Part shown: piece by piece, positions 10,115-20,590 of the stretch
How positions within the stretch are numbered: position 1 is the first letter of the stretch
Layout of the letters: every line of letters starts with the position of its first letter
Program-made: the position numbers and the translations under genes
Notes under the pieces: generated by a model
The model's database searches: none
What the model was told of the DNA's origin: nothing
What the model saw: only the letters and a program-made list of their open reading frames with translations
Source of the DNA: Candidatus Woesearchaeota archaeon
Lineage (GTDB): Archaea > Nanobdellota > Nanobdellia > Woesearchaeales > UBA583
DNA length: 64,000 nt
Direction of reading: 5' to 3'
NCBI GenBank assembly: GCA_965205335.1
Contig: OZ242164.1
Coordinates: 960,001 to 1,024,000, forward strand

Positions 10115-10232
10115 CTACATAAATTTTATAAAGTTCTAAGATTTTCTTCTACTTGTACAAAAGAATGGTTAAGGAAAATAGAAAAATTGGCACAATTTTA
10201 AGAGTTAGCGGACCTGTAGTTGAGGCGATGGG
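10115..10232 (+). repeat. Diverged duplicate of the atpA promoter and first ~22 codons (other copy 10903-11020)
   Basis: Manual alignment gives about 17 mismatches in 118 bp; identical 30-bp core AATTTTAAGAGTTAGCGGACCTGTAGTTGA. Confidence 0.92.
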
Positions 10233-10303
10233 CCAGGCCTTGCCAAACCGCTGGCGACTTGATTATAGTGTGCTAACGTCGTTCAACAGACAAGGTGCAG
10301 AAT

Positions 10304-10798
10304 ATGACTAACAACTCTTCCACATGCCTATTGATAGTTGATGTCCAAAAAGGCTTTATAAATAACTTTACTAGTCATATTCCTGCTCTAGTGCAACGGC
10401 TACAATATGACTACGATCATGTGTTTGTGACGCGGTTCTACAACGATAATCCCTCCATGTTTAGATCCTTAATGAACTGGCATGAATTTGGAAAGGACTC
10501 GGTCGATTTCCCTTTAGCTTTTGCCCCTAAGTCAACCGCCTCCATAATTGACAAGACAGTTTATACATGTGTCACCAAGGACTTCTTAATGAAATTAAGA
10601 GTTCGAAATATTACCTGCGTTGATATATGTGGAATCAACACAGATGTTTGTGTCATAAAGTGTGCTGTGGATCTTTTTGAGAGCGGCATTAAGTCCAACG
10701 TTCTGAAGGATTATTGTGGCAGCGAGGCAGGTTCACGTATGCACAAGTTAGGTCTAACTATCCTAAAGGGATATATTGGGGACAATCAAGTCAAATGA
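10304..10798 (+). CDS. Isochorismatase-family cysteine hydrolase
   Basis: LLIVDVQKGF, IDK and GINTDVCV triad motifs; codon usage visibly unlike the neighbours. Confidence 0.88.
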   Translation: MTNNSSTCLLIVDVQKGFINNFTSHIPALVQRLQYDYDHVFVTRFYNDNPSMFRSLMNWHEFGKDSVDFPLAFAPKSTASIIDKTVYTCVTKDFLMKLRVRNITCVDICGINTDVCVIKCAVDLFESGIKSNVLKDYCGSEAGSRMHKLGLTILKGYIGDNQVK

Positions 10799-10952
10799 CC
10801 AATATCTACACTGTTTCCATTGTTCCAAGTTCTTCATTTCGGACGTCGCTGAGGCAGTAGAATAGTTTCAGAATATGATTTATTCACAAAATTATACTAT
10901 ATCTACATAAATTTTATAAAGTCCTAAAATTTTCTTCCACTTATAAAAAAGA

Positions 10953-12704
10953 ATGGCAGGAAAAGATAGGAAAATTGGCAGAATTTTAAGAGTTAGCGGA
11001 CCTGTAGTTGAAGCGACAGGGATTTTAGTTAAAATGTCTGATATTGTCCGTGTTGGAAATGAAGCCCTTATGGGAGAAGTTATCAAAATTGAAGAAGAAT
11101 CATTTATCATTCAGGTCTATGAAAATACAATAGGAGTCAAACCAGATGAACCGGTAACCAGTACAGAATTACCATTATCTGTTGAATTAGGACCAGGACT
11201 TTTAGGTTCAATTTACGATGGAATTCAAAGACCTCTTGAAGTTCTTGAAAATGAAATGGGTCACTTCATAAAAAGAGGAGTTAATGCAAATGGAATTGAC
11301 CACCAAAAAAAATGGAAGTTCACTCTAAAAGTTAAAACAGGAGACAAATTAGAAGAAGGAGCAATAATTGGAACTGTCCCGGAATATGACTTTACTCACA
11401 AAATTATGCTTCCAAACGGAGTATCAGGAAAAGTTACCCAAATCAAATCAGGAGAATTCTGTGTTGATGAAATAATTGGAAAATTACAAGATGGAACCGA
11501 ATTAAAACTATCCCACTTCCAGCCAGTAAGATCCCCAAGAGCATTTAAAGAAAAATTAGTTCCAGCAATCCCACTAAAAACAGGACAGAGAGTATATGAT
11601 GTATTCTTCCCAGTTGCAAAAGGTGGAGTTGCCGCTCTTCCAGGTCCTTTTGGGGCAGGCAAAACAGTAACACAACAATCAATCGCCAAATGGTCTGATG
11701 CTGACATAGTAGTGTATGTAGGTTGCGGAGAGAGAGGAAATGAAATGACAGAAGTATTAACAGAATTCCCTCATCTAATTGACCCAAAATCAGGAAAACC
11801 AATGATGGAAAGAACAGTTCTAATTGCAAACACATCAAACATGCCCGTTGCCGCAAGAGAAGCATCAATTTACGTGGGAATTACAATTGCGGAATATTAC
11901 AGAGACCAAGGATATCACGTAGCCCTTATGGCAGATAGCACATCAAGATGGGCTGAGGCTATGCGAGAAATCTCATCAAGACTTGAAGAAATGCCCGGAG
12001 AGGAAGGATACCCAGCATACCTCTCAACCAAACTTGCAAACTTCTATGAAAGAGCAGGACTTGTTACAACGCTAAATGGAGAATCAGGTTCAGTTACAGC
12101 AATTGGGGCAGTATCTCCTGCAGGAGGTGATTTCTCAGAACCAGTTACCCAAAACACACTAAGAGTTGCCAAATGCTTTTGGGCACTTGATGCAAAACTT
12201 GCTGAAAAAAGACATTATTGGTCAATTAACTGGCTGAACTCATACTCATTATATCACGAATCCCTAAGAGAATTCTTCAAGAAAAACATAGACAAAAACT
12301 GGGAGGCGAAAGTTAGCGAACTTATGAACATCCTGCAAGAAGAAGACTCCCTAATGGAAATTGTTCAATTAGTGGGCTCAGACTCTCTGCCAGAGGACCA
12401 GCAGGTAACCCTTGAAGTTGCAAGACTAATTAGAGAAGAATTACTGCAACAAAATGCTTTCCATGACGTAGACAGATACTGCCCTTTACCTAAAGCAAAT
12501 GACTTAATGGATTTAGTTCTGCTATTTAAAGAGATTTCTCAAGAAGCTTTAAAAGCAGGGGTTGGAGCAAGAGAAATAATAGAATCCAAAGGAAAATATG
12601 AAATTTCAGCAATTAGAATGGAAAAAGACTATGAAAAACTTCTTCCAAAAGTAAGAGAGCAAATGCAATCTGAAATGGGGGGAATAATTAAGAGGTATGC
12701 GTAA
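10953..12704 (+). CDS. atpA: A/V-type ATP synthase subunit A
   Basis: [29 protein letters not shown]. Confidence 0.98.
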   Translation: MAGKDRKIGRILRVSGPVVEATGILVKMSDIVRVGNEALMGEVIKIEEESFIIQVYENTIGVKPDEPVTSTELPLSVELGPGLLGSIYDGIQRPLEVLENEMGHFIKRGVNANGIDHQKKWKFTLKVKTGDKLEEGAIIGTVPEYDFTHKIMLPNGVSGKVTQIKSGEFCVDEIIGKLQDGTELKLSHFQPVRSPRAFKEKLVPAIPLKTGQRVYDVFFPVAKGGVAALPGPFGAGKTVTQQSIAKWSDADIVVYVGCGERGNEMTEVLTEFPHLIDPKSGKPMMERTVLIANTSNMPVAAREASIYVGITIAEYYRDQGYHVALMADSTSRWAEAMREISSRLEEMPGEEGYPAYLSTKLANFYERAGLVTTLNGESGSVTAIGAVSPAGGDFSEPVTQNTLRVAKCFWALDAKLAEKRHYWSINWLNSYSLYHESLREFFKKNIDKNWEAKVSELMNILQEEDSLMEIVQLVGSDSLPEDQQVTLEVARLIREELLQQNAFHDVDRYCPLPKANDLMDLVLLFKEISQEALKAGVGAREIIESKGKYEISAIRMEKDYEKLLPKVREQMQSEMGGIIKRYA

Positions 12705-12705
12705 A

Positions 12706-14067
12706 ATGGCAGTTAAAAAAGAATACAGAACAATCAGTAAAATAGCAGGACCTTTGATTTATGTAAGAAAAACACATCCTGTTGGATATGGAGAATTAGT
12801 TGAAGTCAAAATAGGAAATGAAAAAAAGTTCGGACAGGTTCTAGAAACAGACAGTGAAGTTGTAGTAGTTCAATTATTTGAAGGAACATCTGGTGTAAAT
12901 AAAGAAGCATCTGTTAAATTTCTCGATGAACCTATTACATTAAAATTAGATGAAACAATCAAAGGCAGAGTTCTTACAGGAATGGGAACTCCCATTGATA
13001 GCGGACTGGAATTGGTTGGTAAAAAATATGAAATTGGAGGAGCAGCAATTAATCCATATTCAAGAGGACTCCCAAACAATTTCATTCAGACAGGAATCAG
13101 TGCAATTGATTTAATGACAACTCTTGTTCGTGGCCAAAAACTACCTATCTTCTCAGGTTCAGGATTAAGCCATAACGACTTGGCTCTTCAGATTGCAAGA
13201 CAGGCAAAAGTAGTTGGGGAAAAATCAGAATTCCTTGTAGTATTTGCGGCAATGGGAATTACAAATGAAGAAGCCTTAAAATTCCAGAAATCATTTGAAG
13301 AATCAGGTGCAATTGATAACGCAGTATTATTTATTAACAAAGCAGATGACCCATCTGTTGAAAGACTTGTAACCCCAAGAATTGCATTAACAGTTGCTGA
13401 ATATTTTGCCTTTGAAAGAGATGCACACGTACTTGTAATACTTACTGATGTCACAAATTATTGTGAAGCCCTAAGAGAAATTGGAGCGGCAAGAGAAGAA
13501 ATTCCTGGAAGACGTGGATACCCGGGTTACATGTACACAGACTTAGCTGAATTATACGAAAGAGCAGGAATGGTTAAAGGAAGAAAAGGCTCTGTAACTC
13601 AACTCCCAATTCTGACAATGCCAGGAGATGATAAAACTCATCCAATCCCGGACCTTACAGGATATATAACAGAAGGGCAGGTTCAATTGGGAAGAGACTT
13701 GCATCACAAAAACATCTACCCATCAATTGATGTACTTCCGTCACTTTCAAGACTTATGGGCTTGGGAACAGGTGAAGGCAAAACAAGAGAAGACCACAAA
13801 AAAGTAGCAGACCAGATATTTTCCCTATATGCCGAAGGAAGAGATTTAAGAGGACTTGTTGCAATAGTAGGTGAAGAAGCCTTATCAGACAGAGACAAAA
13901 GAAAACTTAAATTCACATCAGAATTTGAAAATAAATTTCTAACACAAGACCTAAGCGAAAACAGAAGTTTCAAGCAGACAATGGATATTGCATGGGAAAT
14001 ATTAAGAACCATCCCTCAGGAAGAACTTACAAAAATAGATAAAAAACTAAGAGACAAATACTATTAA
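12706..14067 (+). CDS. atpB: A/V-type ATP synthase subunit B
   Basis: [24 protein letters not shown]; second ATG taken as start. Confidence 0.98.
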   Translation: MAVKKEYRTISKIAGPLIYVRKTHPVGYGELVEVKIGNEKKFGQVLETDSEVVVVQLFEGTSGVNKEASVKFLDEPITLKLDETIKGRVLTGMGTPIDSGLELVGKKYEIGGAAINPYSRGLPNNFIQTGISAIDLMTTLVRGQKLPIFSGSGLSHNDLALQIARQAKVVGEKSEFLVVFAAMGITNEEALKFQKSFEESGAIDNAVLFINKADDPSVERLVTPRIALTVAEYFAFERDAHVLVILTDVTNYCEALREIGAAREEIPGRRGYPGYMYTDLAELYERAGMVKGRKGSVTQLPILTMPGDDKTHPIPDLTGYITEGQVQLGRDLHHKNIYPSIDVLPSLSRLMGLGTGEGKTREDHKKVADQIFSLYAEGRDLRGLVAIVGEEALSDRDKRKLKFTSEFENKFLTQDLSENRSFKQTMDIAWEILRTIPQEELTKIDKKLRDKYY

Positions 14068-14085
14068 TAACTCACCTAAATAAAT

Positions 14086-14718
14086 ATGGCAAAAACTATT
14101 AGTCCGAACCGTTCAGAATTAATCAGGCTTAAAAACAAAGTCAAAACAGCATCCAAAGGACACAAACTTCTAAAAAAGAAAAGAGATGGATTAGTTATAG
14201 ATTTCTTCAAATTACTTGAAAATGCAAAAGACATAAGATCTGAAATGATTGAGAATTTCAATACTGCAAAACAATCTCTAAAAAGAACCAGAATTCTCTC
14301 ATACGACTTAGAATTAAAACTATATTCCAAGACAACAAAGGGCAGAAATTTAATAGATTTCCAGTCAAAAAACATAATGGGTCTTTCAGTTCCCCGGATT
14401 AAATCAGAATTCAAGAAAAGAGAATTAATTGAAAGAAACAGAACAGTTTACTCATCTTTTACAATGGATGACACAGTTAAAAAATATGAAGAATTAGTAA
14501 ACAAAATAATTATAACAGCTGAGGTTGAGACTACAATGATTAGATTATTAAATGAGATTGAGAAAACCAAAAGAAGAGTAAACGGTTTAGAATTCAATAT
14601 TATACCTCAACTTAGAAAAGCCGAATCTTTTGTTGCATTATCACTTGAAGAAATGGAAAGAGGTAACACAATCAGGTTAAAAAAAATCAAGGCAAAATTA
14701 GATAGGATAGAAAAATAA
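14086..14718 (+). CDS. atpD: A/V-type ATP synthase subunit D
   Basis: GHKLLKKKRDGL, EIEKTKRRVNGLE. Confidence 0.96.
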   Translation: MAKTISPNRSELIRLKNKVKTASKGHKLLKKKRDGLVIDFFKLLENAKDIRSEMIENFNTAKQSLKRTRILSYDLELKLYSKTTKGRNLIDFQSKNIMGLSVPRIKSEFKKRELIERNRTVYSSFTMDDTVKKYEELVNKIIITAEVETTMIRLLNEIEKTKRRVNGLEFNIIPQLRKAESFVALSLEEMERGNTIRLKKIKAKLDRIEK

Positions 14719-14815
14719 TATTAAAATTTCTAAATTTTGATTTACCATAGACTTCATAAGTTGCGTCTTATATTCACAAGCTTTATAAATTTTGTAGTAT
14801 TACTTATTAATTACA

Positions 14816-15349
14816 ATGATTGATATTAAGGAACTTAAAGATAATCCAAGGCTATTCTATGTATTTGAGAGATTGACTTCTTACATTGCCCCTGATTTCA
14901 ATGATGAAAAGAAGAGGAATATGAATTATTGGGATTACTTACAAGAATTTGCCACACATAATAGGTTAAATGAGGAATTGTTCAGAAATAGTGCAAGAAT
15001 GCGGATAATTAATAACTTGACATTTATTACAGTAAATACGAGATTAGTAGTATATGAAAGACTTGAAAATATTCTATATCTAATATCGAAGATTTCCAAT
15101 GAGGAAGATGTTATATCCTATTTAAATGAACAAGAAAAGTGTGCTCTTGATTTACCTAATATGACTTCTAATGAATTCTTTAATATTAGAAGAGATGAAA
15201 TAATGACGGATAATGATGGGAGAATCATAAGATTGTATGAGCATCGAGGATGTTTTGGTAGATATTTTATTTCACGTAAATCTAATCAACGTCCTATTAA
15301 CAAACCAACTCCTAAAATTAATCCCAAATCTTTGCGCTCTTTAGACTGA
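14816..15349 (+). CDS. Hypothetical protein
   Basis: 177-aa ORF preceded by a TTTATAAA box. Confidence 0.55.
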   Translation: MIDIKELKDNPRLFYVFERLTSYIAPDFNDEKKRNMNYWDYLQEFATHNRLNEELFRNSARMRIINNLTFITVNTRLVVYERLENILYLISKISNEEDVISYLNEQEKCALDLPNMTSNEFFNIRRDEIMTDNDGRIIRLYEHRGCFGRYFISRKSNQRPINKPTPKINPKSLRSLD

Positions 15350-15767
15350 ACTTAGCAAACTGAAATTCTAATATATTATAAATCCCAATAACTATAATTA
15401 TATAATTGATACTAAAAATCTCAAGAATTATTGAACATGCATAAACAGATGGGATAAGCAAAAAATTACAGATTATCATTTTATGCTGTTTCCAGCATCT
15501 TGTCTGTCTAAATACAAAAGAATAAAAATAAATAATAAACCCAGAATTTATAGCAAATAATACCCAGACCCATTTTAAAAGAAGGGCTGTTTTAAGAAAT
15601 ACATACTCTGAAAACAAGAAAATAATTCCAATAATAACATATAAAAAAGGTTTATATTTATGATATATCCTATTATGCTTATCCTTATTACTTCTGTGGA
15701 TTTTAAACCCAATAAATAAAGTTACAATATATATTAAAAGTTCTAATGCTAAAAAATAATTAAACAC
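15318..15767 (-). CDS. Hypothetical membrane protein
   Basis: Several hydrophobic segments; TATA box 21 nt upstream of ATG. Confidence 0.55.
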   Translation of the reverse strand: MFNYFLALELLIYIVTLFIGFKIHRSNKDKHNRIYHKYKPFLYVIIGIIFLFSEYVFLKTALLLKWVWVLFAINSGFIIYFYSFVFRQTRCWKQHKMIICNFLLIPSVYACSIILEIFSINYIIIVIGIYNILEFQFAKFSLKSAKIWD

Positions 15768-15816
15768 ATAGAATTTCTAATTTAGACATTTATAAATCTT
15801 ATCACATATTTTTTTA

Positions 15817-16738
15817 TGTGTAATCAAGTAGCATATGCTACCAATCAATTTTATTGAAGACTTCAGCAGGAGTTTTCTGATGAAGGCTAAAATGAGGTCT
15901 AAATTGATTGTAATTAAAACGAAATAACTCTAAATCATTATTATAAAAAGAGCATTCACTTTTAATAGTACCAAAAAGTCTTTCGACTTTTCCATTCGTT
16001 TGAGGTCTTTTGACCTTTGTACGAATGTGTTTAAGATTTCTTCTTCTACACCAAACATCAAATTTTGAATACTTTGATTTCCCGCCATAGGGACTTCCAT
16101 TATCACTAATTATCTGTTTGGGAGTTCCAAACTGGGAAATCAAAGTATCTAAGAACTGCGTAACTACAAATGTGGTGACTGTTGGAACATGTAAAATACC
16201 TAAGCAGTAACGTGAACAGTCATCAATTACTGCAATTACTTTACCTGATTCACCAAACTCACTATCATCAATATGCCATAGAGAGTTTGGATTTTCACGT
16301 TCGAAACGAACGTATTTAGCTCTTTGCCCACGATTATGTTCTTTACGAGTTAAACCATTACATTTTAGAACTTTATTGATTGTAGTATGAGATAATTGAA
16401 CAGATTTAATCTTTTGCTTTAGCTTTAGTGCTCCAACCAGTTTTATTACGTAACTCAATTATCTCTTTTTCAGCTTCTTGAGTTACTTTGTAATAAACTT
16501 TATTAGGGATTTTAGATTTGTCTTGAAAATTCCAAATTCCATCATTAAATCGTTTATACCAACGCTTTAATGTTGAAATATGAAAAGTTCTACTGAACTT
16601 TTTCTCTAAAAGTATTTGACATTTAGAGTACGAATACTTACATTTTAACTTTATGAATTCACGGCGTAAATGTTCTTTTTTCATAAAAATTAGAAAAATT
16701 CTAATTTTATATGGTAGCATATGCTACTTTACTGCACA
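15817..16738 (-). mobile_element. IS481-family element, copy A (frameshifted transposase)
   Basis: TGTG...CACA ends containing GTAGCATATGCTAC; 15-bp TSD TCACATATTTTTTTA at 15802-15816 and 16739-16753. Confidence 0.92.
15838..16684 (-). pseudogene. IS481 DDE transposase with 2-bp deletion at about 16433
   Basis: WHID, IDDCSR, SDNG, PQTNGKVER; split into two ORFs; CC here versus CCCC in copy B. Confidence 0.88.
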
Positions 16739-16804
16739 TCACATATTTTTTTAACTGTGGAGTAAAAGAAAACTTTATAAATTCTAAACATCAACAAGAT
16801 TATT

Positions 16805-17098
16805 ATGAGATTATTAGAAAATCAAAAGAGAGGGCAAGGTTTACCTTTAAACGTAATAGTCGTTGCAATTCTTGTAATCATTGTATTAGTTATAATTGTT
16901 TTATTTTTTGTAACGAAATTTGGTGAACAAGGTAAGAAGGTAGATGAGACAAGTAAATATGTCTACGACAATTGTGATAAGGAAAAGAATCCTTTAATTG
17001 GTAGTATTTATTCTGAAGTTAGTTTTTTTAGGAATGGGAATTGTGATGGTAGGGAACATAAGAAAATTCCAGGAACAAATTGTTGTGGAAAAATATAA
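16805..17098 (+). CDS. Class III signal peptide (pilin-like) protein
   Basis: KRG|QGLPLNVIVVAILVIIVLV; C-terminal cysteines. Confidence 0.75.
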   Translation: MRLLENQKRGQGLPLNVIVVAILVIIVLVIIVLFFVTKFGEQGKKVDETSKYVYDNCDKEKNPLIGSIYSEVSFFRNGNCDGREHKKIPGTNCCGKI

Positions 17099-17141
17099 AA
17101 ATCCTTTTTACAATTTTTTTTACTTAAGTAATAATTAAAAC

Positions 17142-18152
17142 CTAAAAAAACTTATCTAATGTTTTTATGTTTTTAATTGTATTCAAACTTCTATCTATTG
17201 TTGTCTCATCAAAATCTTTAAGAATTAAAAACTCTCTTACCTTATCTTTTAACAATTCTTCAAATTTAACCTCAACATCTGTTGTTGGTATTTTCTTAAA
17301 TGTATTATATGTTTCAATCCAGGTATGATCAAAATACTTATGCCAGTCAAGTATCTTAAACATTTCATCCCAGCGATCCCTATAATCCTTTACCAATTTC
17401 AGAGCCTTTTTTGGGCCAATCCCCTTTATCCCTCCGGGATTAAAATCCGTTCCGCACAGAATTGCAATAATAATTAACTCATCATTTGAAATATTAAGAT
17501 TCTTAAGATTTTTCTCTAAATCATAGAACTCAATAGGAACTTCCTTATATACAGAACTTGAAGGAACTTTCCTCCTATTTGAGACAGAAAGATTTCGGAT
17601 TAAAAACCGAGCACCAAACAAAAGAGAATCAAAATCCTGCGAAGCGCTTGCAAAAACCTGCCCGCTCTTAGTCATGTAAGCCGCCTGCGCCTCACCCTCA
17701 GAGGGAGCATCAATAACAGGAAAACCAAACAATCTGATTAACTCCTTAGAATCACAAATCATAGTATCATCTAATTTACTAAGAGATTGAGAATACTTCT
17801 TAACATCTTCCATTAACCCTAAATCAAGAGCCTCGCGGTATTTCTCATCAGCCAGAGCCTTTCTCTTTGCTCTAAGTTCTCTTTCCTTTTCCTTTAATTT
17901 TGGGGCTTTGCCATCAAAAACAAAAACAGGCTTTATATTATTTCTCTTAAAATAAACACACCTGTTAAACAAACCCTTAATATGAGAAGTAACGTTACCT
18001 TTTGAATCAGTCAAAGGATTTCCATCAGGCTGTCTTATTGATGCAAGGAACTGATACAACATATTAAAAGAATCAATTGCAATACACTTATTTGAAATGC
18101 TTGATAACTCAATTTCATCATACTCAAGAATATCTTTTATAGAAACACCCAC
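17142..18152 (-). CDS. fen: Flap endonuclease 1
   Basis: YQFLASIRQPDG, APSEGEAQAA, SQDFDSLLFG; C-terminal PIP box TLDKFF. Confidence 0.97.
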   Translation of the reverse strand: MGVSIKDILEYDEIELSSISNKCIAIDSFNMLYQFLASIRQPDGNPLTDSKGNVTSHIKGLFNRCVYFKRNNIKPVFVFDGKAPKLKEKERELRAKRKALADEKYREALDLGLMEDVKKYSQSLSKLDDTMICDSKELIRLFGFPVIDAPSEGEAQAAYMTKSGQVFASASQDFDSLLFGARFLIRNLSVSNRRKVPSSSVYKEVPIEFYDLEKNLKNLNISNDELIIIAILCGTDFNPGGIKGIGPKKALKLVKDYRDRWDEMFKILDWHKYFDHTWIETYNTFKKIPTTDVEVKFEELLKDKVREFLILKDFDETTIDRSLNTIKNIKTLDKFF

Positions 18153-18413
18153 TCTAAACTTTCCCCATTAAATACTTATATAAAGATTTGGTTTATATTT
18201 ATATCACAAAAAATAGTTTCCTATGTCAGTAACACTACTTAATCATATTCCTAAGGGCACCAAACAGTAACTTCACTATCAAATCCAAGGCACTGGATGC
18301 TTGGGCATGAGATGATATATAAAAATATAGAGGATAATGAAATTCTATCGTGCATTTCAACAATAAGAGATTTTAGTTCTGATAAGACAATTGAGATAAG
18401 ATTGGCTCTGTAA

Positions 18414-19670
18414 TTATTTTAGCAGGAAGTCCCCTTTTTCATATTCATCATATACTTTCTTTAAACATTCAATAATGTAATCAATTTCCTGTTTTGTGTT
18501 GTAAAAACTTAGGCTTATTCTTGAAGTTCCACTAACTCCTAAGAGTTTTGCAAGAGGCATGGCGCAATGATGTCCTCCTCTAATTGCAATTCCAGATTTA
18601 TTTAAAATAGCACAAACATCATGAGAGTGAATTCCTTTGATTTCGAAAGAGAAAATAGGAAATCGGTTTTTAGAGGATTTAGAACCGTAAAGAGTTAATC
18701 CTTTAACTTCTTTAATTCTTTTAAGAAAGTGCTTGGTTAGAATCTTCTCATATTTCTCAATGTCAGATAGTCCAATTTTATTTAAGTAATCAATTGCAGC
18801 TCTAAGTCCTATAACTCCACAGATGTTAGGTGTTCCTGCTTCTAATCTTTGAGGCAGTTTTGCATAGTTTGATTTTTCATAACTAACTTCATAAATCATG
18901 CTTCCTCCAAAGACAGTAGGTTTTAATTCTTCAAGACATTCTTTTTTTCCGTATAAAACACCAACTCCTGTTGGGGCAAGCATTTTATGTCCTGAGAAAA
19001 CTAAAAAATCAACGTCTAAATTTTTCACATCTGTTTTAATATTGCAGATACTTTGGGCAGAATCAATAATAGTTATTGCCCCTACTTTTCTTGCAAGTTT
19101 TACAATGTCTTTTAGAGGACAAATTGAACCTAAGACATTGGATATGTGAGATATTGAAATTATCTTTGTTTTATTGGTTATGATTTTATTTGCAGAGTAC
19201 ATATCTAAATTATAATTGCTGTCTAATTTAATAAATTTTAATTTAGCCCCTGTTATTTTGCAAACTTCCTGCCAGCAAACAAGGTTTGCATGATGTTCAG
19301 AGGAAGATAAAACAATTTCATCACCTTTTTTTAACTTGTGAGCAATGCCAAAGGAAATTTTATTTATAGAATCTGTTGTGCCTGATGTGAAAATTATTTC
19401 ATCTGGATGAGAGTTAATGAATTTTGCAACTTTTTCTCTCGCCTTTTCATATTCATGTGTTGCTTTTTCTGAGAGGGAATGCACTCCTCTGTGAACGTTT
19501 GAATTGTATTTTGTGTAAAATTCTATCTGGGAATCAATAACTTCTTTGGTTTTTTGGGTTGTTGCGGCATTATCTACATAGATTAATTTTTTAGAGTTAA
19601 TTGTCCTGCTTAGTATTGGGAAATCTTTTCTGATTTTCTCAAATTTTTTTATTAAATCTTTTTCATTCAT
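18414..19670 (-). CDS. sufS: Cysteine desulfurase SufS
   Basis: DNAATTQK, SGHKM, RGGHHCA. Confidence 0.95.
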   Translation of the reverse strand: MNEKDLIKKFEKIRKDFPILSRTINSKKLIYVDNAATTQKTKEVIDSQIEFYTKYNSNVHRGVHSLSEKATHEYEKAREKVAKFINSHPDEIIFTSGTTDSINKISFGIAHKLKKGDEIVLSSSEHHANLVCWQEVCKITGAKLKFIKLDSNYNLDMYSANKIITNKTKIISISHISNVLGSICPLKDIVKLARKVGAITIIDSAQSICNIKTDVKNLDVDFLVFSGHKMLAPTGVGVLYGKKECLEELKPTVFGGSMIYEVSYEKSNYAKLPQRLEAGTPNICGVIGLRAAIDYLNKIGLSDIEKYEKILTKHFLKRIKEVKGLTLYGSKSSKNRFPIFSFEIKGIHSHDVCAILNKSGIAIRGGHHCAMPLAKLLGVSGTSRISLSFYNTKQEIDYIIECLKKVYDEYEKGDFLLK

Positions 19671-19688
19671 TCTTTAAATTTTATTGTT

Positions 19689-20585
19689 TTAATTTGATAT
19701 TAATTCTTGTTTTAGATTTAAAAACGTTTTCACCTGCTCAAAGTAAGAGTCAACAACTAAATTTATGGCATCTTCTCTTCTGATTCCCCTTGAGTTTATA
19801 TAAAACATTATTTCATCTTTTATTTGGGAAATGCTTGCCCCATGAGAACATTTGACATCCTTGTTTTCTATTTCAAGAATCGGTTCTGATAAGATTGAAC
19901 TTTCATCATCAAGAAGAAGCCCATTTAGTTTCTGATGTCCCAATGAATTTATTGCATTTTTTTCAATTCTCACTAACCCATCGCAGAGAACTCTCGCTCC
20001 ATTAACTGCAACCCCATTTACTATTATCTCCGAACTGGAATTTTCTCCAATATGGTTTACTTGAGAGCAGATGAAATTCTCAATTGCGTCTGCATTATAT
20101 GCTCCTTTTAATTCAAAGCTAGAGTTGTAATCTAAGTATGATTTGATAAAGGAAAATCTTGATTCTTTGTTTATGAAACCGTAGTCAAGGCTTGAGTTTT
20201 CTTTCTGATAAATTTGGACAAATTTGAAAATTTCTTTATTGGAACTTGTATCCAATATTTTGCATTTAATGTTTTTTTCAATGATTACTCTGATAATTCC
20301 TAAAAATTTTTGGAGGAAATTCAATTCTAAAAATAAGTCTTTTTTAATCAAGATGTTTAATATGCCCTTGCCTGATATTTCTAATTCTGTATCTTCTGTG
20401 ATTTGAATAGATTTTTCATCTGGTTTATTTTTTTTAAGAGTCTTTGTGTAGAAGTTATGTTCAAAGAATTTAGTATTAAATTTCTGAGTTTTATAGGTTT
20501 GATTAAGTTTAAGGTTTTCTTTAAAGTCTGATGTTTCTTTTTCAAATAATTCTTCAATGCGTTTGATTTCTCTTAGAACTGCCAT
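19689..20585 (-). CDS. sufD: Fe-S assembly protein SufD
   Basis: PILEI...DVKCSHGA...FYINSRGI. Confidence 0.88.
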   Translation of the reverse strand: MAVLREIKRIEELFEKETSDFKENLKLNQTYKTQKFNTKFFEHNFYTKTLKKNKPDEKSIQITEDTELEISGKGILNILIKKDLFLELNFLQKFLGIIRVIIEKNIKCKILDTSSNKEIFKFVQIYQKENSSLDYGFINKESRFSFIKSYLDYNSSFELKGAYNADAIENFICSQVNHIGENSSSEIIVNGVAVNGARVLCDGLVRIEKNAINSLGHQKLNGLLLDDESSILSEPILEIENKDVKCSHGASISQIKDEIMFYINSRGIRREDAINLVVDSYFEQVKTFLNLKQELISN

Positions 20586-20590
20586 ATTAC

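Noticed and set aside
10233-10902. Integron cassette interpretation of the hydrolase insert
   Set aside because: No recognisable attC inverted-repeat structure and no integron integrase in the window.
18404-18411. GGCTCTGT match to the MITE end
   Set aside because: Only 8 bp; no internal similarity, partner TIR or TSD.
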